A stretch of 64,000 nt of DNA, taken from assembly GCA_048268245.1 (NCBI GenBank), contig JBLWVX010000001.1, forward strand, positions 138,327 through 202,326, read 5' to 3'. The notes under the pieces were generated by a model, which did no database searches, was not told where the DNA came from, and saw nothing but the letters and a program-made list of their open reading frames with translations. Below, in pieces: positions 1-8,437 of the stretch. A program made the translations under genes and the position numbers. Origin of the DNA: Arcobacteraceae bacterium (GTDB taxonomy: Bacteria; Campylobacterota; Campylobacteria; Campylobacterales; Arcobacteraceae). The number at the start of each line of letters is the position of its first letter. Position 1 is the stretch's first letter.

Positions 1-300
1 CAAAAAAAACTTGTCTTTATAGTTACAGCAAAAGAAGATAATCATAACAATATTGAATTAATTATTAAAGATAATGCAGGTGGTATTCCTGAAAATATAA
101 TAGAAAATGTATTTAATCCTTATTTTACTACAAAATCAAAAGATGAAGGTACAGGATTAGGTTTATATATTACTAAAACTATTATTACTAAAAAACTTAA
201 AGGCAATATAAAAGTAGAAAATGAAGTATTTGACTTTGAAGGTATAACATACAAGGGTGCAAAATTTACTATAACACTACCACTTGCTGTTCATAATTAG
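1..300 (+). CDS. Sensor histidine kinase, C-terminal HATPase fragment (5' end outside window)
   Basis: My frame-1 translation reads ...IKDNAGGIPENIIENVFNPYFTTKSKDEGTGLGLYITK...GAKFTITLPLAVHN*, giving the G1, F and G2 boxes; stop TAG at 298-300. Confidence 0.9.
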   Translation, partial: QKKLVFIVTAKEDNHNNIELIIKDNAGGIPENIIENVFNPYFTTKSKDEGTGLGLYITKTIITKKLKGNIKVENEVFDFEGITYKGAKFTITLPLAVHN

Positions 301-309
301 CAAGTGGTA
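278..309. terminator. Hairpin between convergent genes
   Basis: TACCACTTGCT / AGCAAGTGGTA 11-bp inverted repeat spanning the kinase stop codon. Confidence 0.55.
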
Positions 310-322
310 TAAAATAGTATTT

Positions 323-1027
323 TTATAAAAAAGTAGAAAGTAAACCAATTAATCCACCAAAAACAGCACCCCAAACAACTAACCATCCTAGATGTTCTCT
401 TATGATTTTTTGAATCATTTCTTTTACCATTTTAGGTGTTAATTCATCTAATCTTTTATTTACAATTGAACTTAATTTATTGTAAATATCATCACTTAAA
501 TCATCTGATTTTAAAGCCTCATTTAAAACAGCTTGAAAAGAATCACTTTTTGAAATATCAACTATTGAACTTCTTAGTTTTTTTGTAAAAGGTTCTTTTA
601 GAGGCTCTAAAGCTTGCTCTCCTCCAAACATTCCAAGCATTCCACCAAAAGATGACTCCATAACTGCACTTTTTAGTGAGTCATAAGCAGGTGTAAAATC
701 TGTTTTATTTAAAATCTTTTCAAAATCAACAGTGTTTTTAGCACTATTTACCTCATCTTCAAAAAATCTTTTTAGATGTTCTTTTGTAAAGAACTGATTC
801 ATAAGTAAATCATGAATTGACTTTTTAAATTGTGAAAATTTATTTTCAATAACACCCGAACCATAAAGATATGGAACTTTTTCAAAAAGCATATGAATTG
901 CAAGTGTATTTGTAAGTGAACCACTTAAAGCAAAAAGTCCTATTGTAAAAATAGTGTCATAGCCATTTGAATAACCATAAGCCATAAGTAACAAAGCAGC
1001 TAAATTTGTAATATCAGATTTATTCAT
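323..1027 (-). CDS. DUF445 family membrane protein
   Basis: N-terminal G.LTN.LAI.MLF and C-terminal HLGWLVVWGAVFGGLIG motifs. Confidence 0.8.
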   Translation of the reverse strand: MNKSDITNLAALLLMAYGYSNGYDTIFTIGLFALSGSLTNTLAIHMLFEKVPYLYGSGVIENKFSQFKKSIHDLLMNQFFTKEHLKRFFEDEVNSAKNTVDFEKILNKTDFTPAYDSLKSAVMESSFGGMLGMFGGEQALEPLKEPFTKKLRSSIVDISKSDSFQAVLNEALKSDDLSDDIYNKLSSIVNKRLDELTPKMVKEMIQKIIREHLGWLVVWGAVFGGLIGLLSTFL

Positions 1028-1030
1028 TTG

Positions 1031-1060
1031 TAAAATCCCCCTAATTAAAAGGGGATTTTA
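1031..1060 (-). terminator. Hairpin downstream of phoX, overlapping the RBS of the DUF445 gene
   Basis: TAAAATCCCC / GGGGATTTTA perfect 10-bp inverted repeat. Confidence 0.5.
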
Positions 1061-1094
1061 ACATAAGTTTTGTAAGAAAAGTTTTTAAGCAGTT

Positions 1095-4000
1095 TTATTT
1101 TATTTCATAAATAGCAGTAGAACCACTTACTTCATAAGCAACCATAAGTAATGCACTTCCAGTTGGACTATTTTCAGCTTTTACAAACTTCATACCCTCT
1201 GGTGAAATATTTTCATTTTTATTTGATTTAATATATTTAACAAATTTAGAGTTTTGAGCATCTGTAATATCATAGATTACAATTGCATTTTGTCTTTCTA
1301 ACCCAACAAAAGCATATGTTCTATCATTTACTTCACCAACAGCTAAAGCTTCTGGTTCAACTCCTTTATTACCACTTCTTCTATCTTTTTCTCCATCATC
1401 TTGATTAAATAAATTTGGCATAAATTTTGCAGTTAATTTTGATAATTCATTTTTACTATCAAATACTAAAGTACCTTCTTCATCCCAAATAGAGAATGAT
1501 CTAGCACCAAAAGTATATAACTTTTCATAATCACCTGAACTATTTTTACCTAATTCATTATTCACTTTTAAATCATTTTCATTTTCATAAGCAAATGCAA
1601 TTGAAGAGTCTAAAGATAATTTACTAATCTTTGTTTCATTTGCATAGTCACCATACTCTCTTCCATCACCCTCATTTGCTGTTACTAAATATGTTTTTGA
1701 ACCTATCTTATAAGAAGCTATTGAATCTGGTTGATACATACCATATAAACCTTTATAAGTTTTAAGCATTGGAATACCTTCTTCTTCAATATCTATAGCA
1801 TTCTCTTCTTTTGAATGGTCTTTAAATCCTAAAGCAACAACTGAGTCAATCTTTTTAGAAGTAATATCAACAATAGCTAATGCATTGTTTTCTTGAAGAA
1901 TTACATAAGCTTTATTTCCTGAAACAGTTACATATTCAGGTTCTAAGTCTAAAGAAGCATCAACACCATCTTTTAATACTACATCACTTGGAATTTCAAT
2001 ACCATCAAAAGTTAAATCAGTATATGAGTAGTTACTGTTAACCTCAATTATTCCTACTGAACCTTTTGGATCATATGAGTAGTCACTATTTGGCTCACCC
2101 TCATTTGCTACAATGATTTTTGAACCATCTTCATTAAATGTAACCATATCTGGTAAATATCCAACCTCTATAGTCTTCATATGTGTTCCATTTGTATCAA
2201 ATACAACAACAAAACCTTTCATTTGTTTTGATGAATCCTGTGAATCTACTTTTTCAACTGCTACTGCAACTTTTCCATTTGCTACTGCAACTGAGTTTAC
2301 ACTATTTCCGTAAGTTGATAAGTTAACTGATTTATAAGATGTTAAACTCATAGTTGTTTTATCTTTATCATAAAAAACTGTATTAATATCTAAAGCATTA
2401 TTAGCTCCATTTGTAGTAAACATTCTATTTGTATCACTATCAAAAGCTACAATCTCGCTTCCACCTTCTATTGAAGTTTCTAATACAGCAAGCTTTTCAA
2501 AAGAGTTTAACTTTGGTGTTTCTTTTAACTCATCTAAGTTTTTAAATGGTCCTATATATCCAATAGTTGATTCTTTTTGAGCAAGAGTAGAAGATTGAGA
2601 CTTCATAGGGTGTTGTGTTACAACAGATAAATATCCATATCCATTTGCTAAATTACTATACCAAAATGGTGAAGTCGTTTCAGAATCAAGAGGAGTTGTA
2701 AATGTTCTAGTTAACTCTTTAGTTTTAACATTATAAGCCCAAACAACATTATTCTCATGTTTACCTGTATCTTCACCAATCATTAGAATGTCAGAGTTCT
2801 CTAAGAAAGTAACATTGTCAGGATTTGAAATACCATTTATGTCACAACTATTATTTGCATAAACAGAACCACTATCATAAGTAGTTGGTATTCCACTTAT
2901 TACTGCATTCATGTTTTTTACTACATACTCAGAGTCAATTGTAGTATCAGCAGTATCTTTTGCTGTTTGAGTATTTACATCTAAAGAGTAAACAGCCCCA
3001 CATTGATTATATGCTACTTTAATATCATTATTTCCACCAATGTCATATTTTGTGTTAGTTGTTCCACTTTTTTTATTATCTTCCATTCCTCTTTCAACTG
3101 AACTCATTGATACATATAATTTTCCTGAGTTTTTATCAAAAGTAATACCCTCTTCTTTTCTAAACTCAGTTGTAGCTCCCATATAAGCAGCGTATCTTCT
3201 AGACTCTAATCTTGAAGCAGCTTTTTGCATTCCTTCTTTTAGGTTTAAACACTCAAACCCAACACTTGTATTAGTTGCAGTATAACCTGTAGGACAAGTA
3301 CCATCACTATTTCCAGCTACTGTATCAAAAATATCTGAGAATTTAATTGCATCATTTGTTGCAATATTTCCATCTTTATCTAAATATTCTCTAATTTCAC
3401 TATCTGTTGCATGACCTAAGTTAACCCATGTAATATCAGCTTCGCCAGCACCAACTCCAACTTGTGAAGTCTGATTCCACTTAGCAGCATATAATGTACC
3501 TGCACTTAAATCTTTTGCTTTATCAGCAACAAACATAAATAGTCCAACATTTGTTCCATCATCTGATAAATATACAGTTTTATTATCAGGCATTACATAT
3601 GCTAACTCATGCGACATTCTTCCCATTGAGTAGTGTTTTGTATATTCTGGTTTACCATCTTTGATTTTTACTTCTGGATTCCAACCATAGTAGTATGGTG
3701 ACATTTTAGTAGCATCACCTTTCCAGAATTTTGCAACCTCATCATAATACTTATTCCCTGTTAATCCAGTATTTGAATCGGCACCTTGCTCCACAGCTTT
3801 AGCATCTGGTTCATACTCTTCTGAACCTAAGTGAGATTCCCAAGGTGTTTTTTGACCTGCACAGTGAACAAAGCCACCAAATTCATCTTTTTGAGAGATA
3901 AACTTCATACTATTTTCTTTTGGACTTAATTCACCAGTTTGCTCATTTTGCTCTAACTCTACCATGTACATAGAGCCAACTTGACACTCAAACTGAGATA

Positions 4001-4859
4001 CCATATATAAATTTCCATCTTTATTTAAAAATGATGTATAATCAAGTCCCGAACCAACTCCACTATTTGTACCATTACAAATATATGGTGAACCATCATC
4101 TATAGCTCCTCTACTAAAAGTAATTACATCATCCATATAATCTTTTGATAAACCAAATACTTCACCATTATTACTATCACCAGTAGCCATAATTGTTTTA
4201 TATGAAATATTTTGAGTTTTACCATTTATTACAACTTCTGAAGATGCTTGTCTAGTTGTTTTAGTAGCATCAGTTGTAGGTGTTTGTATTTCTTTGAATT
4301 TTACATCTACTTTATTTGCAAACTTTTTACTTACATCAATCTTGATTTTTTTGATTTTTTCTTTTATATCTGCATCATCTAATTTCTCAGATAGTTTATC
4401 AATAGATGAAAAATCTAAAGCAGAAGAAGAACTTCCTTCGATATCTTCAGGTAATTCAAAAGTTTCTGGAAGGTTATTTATATCATAATCAATTCCAGTT
4501 TTTTTACTCATTTTTGCAATAATAAATGCAGATAAGGCTGCACTTGAAACATTTTCATTTTGCTCAGCAATTGCAGCAATTGTAAGTTTTGAGCTAGGAG
4601 TTGCTTTTAATTCTTTTCCACCTATCACAAACTTACAAGTTTCACCCTCATTATATTTGTATTCCCCATTACTATTTGTAGTACCATTAGTATCTCCACA
4701 TGTATAATCGATATTTGCTAAATTTGGATTTAGATTCAATGTTCCTGTCGAACTTTGTGAATTGGATGTTTGTGAATAAGAACTTCCACATCCTATAAAA
4801 GTAATTGAAGCTAAAATAGCTGAAGCAACAAAACTCATTCTCAAATAATTTCTTTTCAT
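1095..4859 (-). CDS. phoX: Lipoprotein fusing a PhoX (DUF839) alkaline phosphatase domain to a choice-of-anchor I beta-propeller
   Basis: Lipobox-like FIGC; PhoX motifs HCAGQKTPWESHLGSEEY, MGRMSHE, EFRKEEG, NPDN, IGED, SETTSP, TQHP; C-terminal motifs GYLPDMVTF, ANEGEP, LEPEY, LQENNA, ANEGDGREY, GARSFSIW, KGVEPE, GLER, SPEG. Confidence 0.85.
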   Translation of the reverse strand: MKRNYLRMSFVASAILASITFIGCGSSYSQTSNSQSSTGTLNLNPNLANIDYTCGDTNGTTNSNGEYKYNEGETCKFVIGGKELKATPSSKLTIAAIAEQNENVSSAALSAFIIAKMSKKTGIDYDINNLPETFELPEDIEGSSSSALDFSSIDKLSEKLDDADIKEKIKKIKIDVSKKFANKVDVKFKEIQTPTTDATKTTRQASSEVVINGKTQNISYKTIMATGDSNNGEVFGLSKDYMDDVITFSRGAIDDGSPYICNGTNSGVGSGLDYTSFLNKDGNLYMVSQFECQVGSMYMVELEQNEQTGELSPKENSMKFISQKDEFGGFVHCAGQKTPWESHLGSEEYEPDAKAVEQGADSNTGLTGNKYYDEVAKFWKGDATKMSPYYYGWNPEVKIKDGKPEYTKHYSMGRMSHELAYVMPDNKTVYLSDDGTNVGLFMFVADKAKDLSAGTLYAAKWNQTSQVGVGAGEADITWVNLGHATDSEIREYLDKDGNIATNDAIKFSDIFDTVAGNSDGTCPTGYTATNTSVGFECLNLKEGMQKAASRLESRRYAAYMGATTEFRKEEGITFDKNSGKLYVSMSSVERGMEDNKKSGTTNTKYDIGGNNDIKVAYNQCGAVYSLDVNTQTAKDTADTTIDSEYVVKNMNAVISGIPTTYDSGSVYANNSCDINGISNPDNVTFLENSDILMIGEDTGKHENNVVWAYNVKTKELTRTFTTPLDSETTSPFWYSNLANGYGYLSVVTQHPMKSQSSTLAQKESTIGYIGPFKNLDELKETPKLNSFEKLAVLETSIEGGSEIVAFDSDTNRMFTTNGANNALDINTVFYDKDKTTMSLTSYKSVNLSTYGNSVNSVAVANGKVAVAVEKVDSQDSSKQMKGFVVVFDTNGTHMKTIEVGYLPDMVTFNEDGSKIIVANEGEPNSDYSYDPKGSVGIIEVNSNYSYTDLTFDGIEIPSDVVLKDGVDASLDLEPEYVTVSGNKAYVILQENNALAIVDITSKKIDSVVALGFKDHSKEENAIDIEEEGIPMLKTYKGLYGMYQPDSIASYKIGSKTYLVTANEGDGREYGDYANETKISKLSLDSSIAFAYENENDLKVNNELGKNSSGDYEKLYTFGARSFSIWDEEGTLVFDSKNELSKLTAKFMPNLFNQDDGEKDRRSGNKGVEPEALAVGEVNDRTYAFVGLERQNAIVIYDITDAQNSKFVKYIKSNKNENISPEGMKFVKAENSPTGSALLMVAYEVSGSTAIYEIK

Positions 4860-4911
4860 AATTTTCCTTTATTATACATAATATGTAAACTTTCATGTTA
4901 TTTGTGCGGAA

Positions 4912-4945
4912 ATTTTAATAAAGAAAAATTACAAGAAAGTTACAA
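4912..4945 (-). promoter_or_regulatory. Pho-box-like promoter of phoX
   Basis: Minus strand TTGTAAC-N4-TTGTAAT (4945-4928), then 10 nt, then -10 TAAAAT (4917-4912). Confidence 0.75.
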
Positions 4946-5032
4946 AAAAACAATGGTTACCAAGAAGGTTAAAGCTTTAAAGAAATTATCTTATCTTAGA
5001 TAGTTCTTTCTTTTTTAAAGCTTAAATAGATT

Positions 5033-5347
5033 TTATTTAAACAATTTTACATAATTATGTTCAGGAGTCTTTCGTAAGAAAAAAACAAGCTTAAAGGGCT
5101 TCTTTTCAAGCTTTACGAAAGAGTGTTTCTTTAAAAATGGGTATCTCTTAGTAACCATGATTTTATCATTTTCATCTAGTATATTATAGTTATATAAACC
5201 ACATTTATTTTTACTGTTACTTTTACAAATAACTTTTGCTTTTTGTGTATTTATATCATAAGAAACATCTAAATTTATTGTATAACTAACAGGATGAGCG
5301 ATACCAAAACTAAATAAAAAACTCAATATTAATAAAACTTTATTCAC
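5033..5347 (-). CDS. Small exported hypothetical protein
   Basis: Signal peptide; mature protein begins HP; Cys pair; overlaps the stop of the upstream gene. Confidence 0.65.
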   Translation of the reverse strand: MNKVLLILSFLFSFGIAHPVSYTINLDVSYDINTQKAKVICKSNSKNKCGLYNYNILDENDKIMVTKRYPFLKKHSFVKLEKKPFKLVFFLRKTPEHNYVKLFK

Positions 5348-5825
5348 TTGAAACTCCTAAACAAAAATCATACTCGCTTTTTTGAACATCCAATTTAGTA
5401 TGAGAACTAACTTCATTTAATTTATATGCCATATAAATTTTCTCATCCATTGTACACATTGTAAACACTTCATCTAGTTTTATATCAATATCAAAAGTAA
5501 GAGAAACTCTTCGTTTCTCAAACTTAACATCAATGTTAGAAGGGTTTATTTTGTACTCTTCATTATCAGCTAAGAATATATTATAGTTATTATTCTCAAG
5601 TGTTTTAAAATGTACCTTTATAAACTCTTCTTTTTCATTTAAGTCAAATTTTTTATTAGAGTTTTTATCAAAATCAAAAAGTAAAACCCTTGAATTAAGC
5701 TTATCAAACAACCATTCATTTTTTATTTTTCCATCTTCAAAAAAGATATTTGAATCTATAAAAAAATGAGGGTGTGCCTTTAAACTAACAGTAGCTATAA
5801 ATAAAATAACTAAAATCTTTTTCAT
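5340..5825 (-). CDS. DUF1007 family periplasmic protein (ZevA-like)
   Basis: Signal peptide then AHPHFFID...W.FD; coupled to a NiCoT-like permease. Confidence 0.8.
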   Translation of the reverse strand: MKKILVILFIATVSLKAHPHFFIDSNIFFEDGKIKNEWLFDKLNSRVLLFDFDKNSNKKFDLNEKEEFIKVHFKTLENNNYNIFLADNEEYKINPSNIDVKFEKRRVSLTFDIDIKLDEVFTMCTMDEKIYMAYKLNEVSSHTKLDVQKSEYDFCLGVSSE

Positions 5826-6553
5826 ACTAATAAAAATACTCCTAATCCTAATAATAAAACAATTGCCCCGTAAGTTAAAATATTCATAAACATCTTGTAG
5901 CTATTAAACTTTTTATTTTTAACCTGAGTAGCAAGTATAGCTGCTAATGAAATAGTAAGACCCATACCAATACTCATAGTTATAGCACTTAGAATACCTA
6001 AGTTTATATACCCTAGAATCATTGAAAATAGTACTATTGTCATAACTCCTGGGCAAGGTACTATTCCTATTGATAAACTAACAGCAAAAAGATTTTTATT
6101 CTTTAACTTTTGAGTTTTTTCTTCTTCATTTCTGTCTTTAATTACTTCATATAATAAATACAAAGCAATTAAGATTATAAATACAGCAGAAACCTTATAC
6201 ATATTGGCATTTATCTCTTGAAAATGTTTTGTAACTGACCTTTGAAAAAAAAGATATAAGACCCCAGTTATTAAAAGGGCTGATACTGTATGAATAATTG
6301 AAGTTAAAAAACCTGCTTTAAAAGCCTCTTTTATTTTTGCTTCTTTTGCCAAAAAGTAACTAGCAATTACCATCTTACCATGACCTGGTCCTAAAGCATG
6401 AACTAAACCATAAAGAAATGACACAAATAAAATAGAGAAAAAAATCATACTTTCACCACTTTCTAGCCTATCAAAATAATCAGAAATCAGTAGGTTTAAC
6501 TCTTGTTGTTTTGAAACTATAAAACTTAAAAAACTTGCATAAAACTCTATCAT
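5822..6553 (-). CDS. Nickel/cobalt transporter family permease (RcnA/ZevB-like)
   Basis: YGLVHALGPGHGK and GIVPCPG motifs, multiple TM segments; no His-rich loop. Confidence 0.85.
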   Translation of the reverse strand: MIEFYASFLSFIVSKQQELNLLISDYFDRLESGESMIFFSILFVSFLYGLVHALGPGHGKMVIASYFLAKEAKIKEAFKAGFLTSIIHTVSALLITGVLYLFFQRSVTKHFQEINANMYKVSAVFIILIALYLLYEVIKDRNEEEKTQKLKNKNLFAVSLSIGIVPCPGVMTIVLFSMILGYINLGILSAITMSIGMGLTISLAAILATQVKNKKFNSYKMFMNILTYGAIVLLLGLGVFLLV

Positions 6554-8298
6554 TTTTGAACCTTTTGTAAATGTGTCATTTGAGCATCTTTTATTTTTTT
6601 ATGAACATTTTTTGTAGGTTTAATATGAGTGTCTCTACCATAAATATAACTTTGTTCATCAACTATTACTTTATATGCTTTATTTAATTTTAGAGCTCTT
6701 TGTTTACTTGGTATTATAAGATGAGTGATATCTTCTTTTAATTTTTCTATTTCATTCTTTTTTAATTTCCAATTTTGTTTTAAAACAAGTTCAGGATTTT
6801 CTAGTTTAGATATCAAATCTCTTTCAATATTTTCACTATCTTTTTCCCACTCTTTTACAAAAAACTTATTTATTACTTCTTCATTGGATCTAAACTCATC
6901 TCCTGAACTATTTAACCTTAAATATCTAACATATTCAGTTTGTCCATCATCTAAAACTCTATCTTTTACACCTTTTAAATTTTTTTGACTCCAATGATAC
7001 CAACCATATGACATATCTACTCCTTCAAACTTCCTTTGAAATACAAAAGTAGAATCAGCAGTTGCTCCTATATTACTATGACACCCCATACAAAAAAGTG
7101 TCTCCTCATATGTTTGAGGTCTTAACTCACCTTTTTTATCTTCAATAAACCCTTGATATAACCAACCTCTTTTATTACTTAATCCAGTTTCCATATTTCC
7201 TAAATATACATCAACTCTTTCTGGGAAATCATGTTTTTCTTTTATTTCTGCATAACCTAGATTTAAAAGTTGAGTATAGTTATTCCAGTGATGTTTCTTT
7301 GCATATCTAAACTCTTTTATTCTTGATGCCATTTGTACTTCATTATTTTTAATATCTAAATATCTTACAGTATGAGCAAACTCAGTACCAATAGGATATA
7401 AACCAGGTGCAATATTTTGCTTTCCATCTTCTAAAAGCTTTTTTGCTTCTCCTACATAAGACATAGAAAAATCTTTTAACTTTCTTGTTTTCAAATCATA
7501 TTTAGGTGTCATCCAGTTAAAAACAACTGTTGTTGCTAAATCTAATTTATTATTTTGGTTTAAATCAACTCCATATTTTCTTTCATCTACTTCTTTAATC
7601 AAAATATCTTTTTGTTTTATTAAAGATTCAATTACAGCTAAATTTATAGAATATAACTCTTTATCAAATACGCCTTTTTCATTTAAATAAAAACTCTTAG
7701 AAAGTCTAATCAACACATCATCAAAACTTCCATTTGTAGGCCAAAAAGTTCCTAAAAAAGGATAGTATGCAAAAGCCCTCCAGCCTGTATATTCACCTTT
7801 TTTATCTATATCAAAGCCATCTTTATCAAAAGAAAAAGCTACATCTGGTATGTAACCATCCCATTTACCATTGTTATTAAAATCCCAAGATTTTGAAATA
7901 TTTTCAAGTTTATCTTTTAAAATTACTTTTCCAAATTCATTTTTATAATTGTCCTTTTTTACATAAGCTAATATTTCTTCATCAGAAATATTTTTTATTT
8001 CATTAGTTCTATCTTTAAAAAGATTAGTCCATGGGTTTTTAAAAGCAGAAGATGGAAAATCATATGCTTCTTGTAAATCTGCATCTTCTAAAGTAAAATT
8101 AGGTTCTTTATTTTTTGTATGACAGCTAAAACAGGGATTATGTAAAATATTTTCATTCAAAGCATTTACTGTTTTTGTATAACATTGACTTGAAATATAT
8201 GCTGTTTTATTATATAAACTTTTACTTTTTAAATCTTGTGCAAAACTATAATTTGCAAATAAAAATAGAGTTGTAAAAAGTATATTTTTCTTATTCAT
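6550..8298 (-). CDS. Exported hypothetical protein with two CxxCH haem-c motifs
   Basis: Signal peptide; CFSCH near the N-terminus and CMGCH near the C-terminus; RBS GAGGA. Confidence 0.7.
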   Translation of the reverse strand: MNKKNILFTTLFLFANYSFAQDLKSKSLYNKTAYISSQCYTKTVNALNENILHNPCFSCHTKNKEPNFTLEDADLQEAYDFPSSAFKNPWTNLFKDRTNEIKNISDEEILAYVKKDNYKNEFGKVILKDKLENISKSWDFNNNGKWDGYIPDVAFSFDKDGFDIDKKGEYTGWRAFAYYPFLGTFWPTNGSFDDVLIRLSKSFYLNEKGVFDKELYSINLAVIESLIKQKDILIKEVDERKYGVDLNQNNKLDLATTVVFNWMTPKYDLKTRKLKDFSMSYVGEAKKLLEDGKQNIAPGLYPIGTEFAHTVRYLDIKNNEVQMASRIKEFRYAKKHHWNNYTQLLNLGYAEIKEKHDFPERVDVYLGNMETGLSNKRGWLYQGFIEDKKGELRPQTYEETLFCMGCHSNIGATADSTFVFQRKFEGVDMSYGWYHWSQKNLKGVKDRVLDDGQTEYVRYLRLNSSGDEFRSNEEVINKFFVKEWEKDSENIERDLISKLENPELVLKQNWKLKKNEIEKLKEDITHLIIPSKQRALKLNKAYKVIVDEQSYIYGRDTHIKPTKNVHKKIKDAQMTHLQKVQK

Positions 8299-8324
8299 TA
8301 TTTGTCCTCATCTAAAATTTTGTG

Positions 8325-8420
8325 ATTATAAAGAGATAAAATTACAATTTAGTAACAATTTTATTTATGGTCACTAAAAAAGGTTACTGTTACCTTTTTG
8401 TAATCAAAGAAAACTACAAT
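8325..8420. promoter_or_regulatory. Divergent pair of Pho-box-like promoters
   Basis: Minus: TTGTTAC-N4-TTGTAAT (8358-8341)-N10-TATAAT (8330-8325). Plus: CTGTTAC-N4-TTGTAAT (8387-8404)-N10-TACAAT (8415-8420). Confidence 0.75.
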
Positions 8421-8437
8421 TACATCAAGGAGAATAT

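Noticed and set aside
4687..4896. 69-aa ORF overlapping the phoX start in another frame
   Set aside because: No Shine-Dalgarno or motif; phoX has its own AAGGA RBS. Not evidence of a frameshift or leader peptide.
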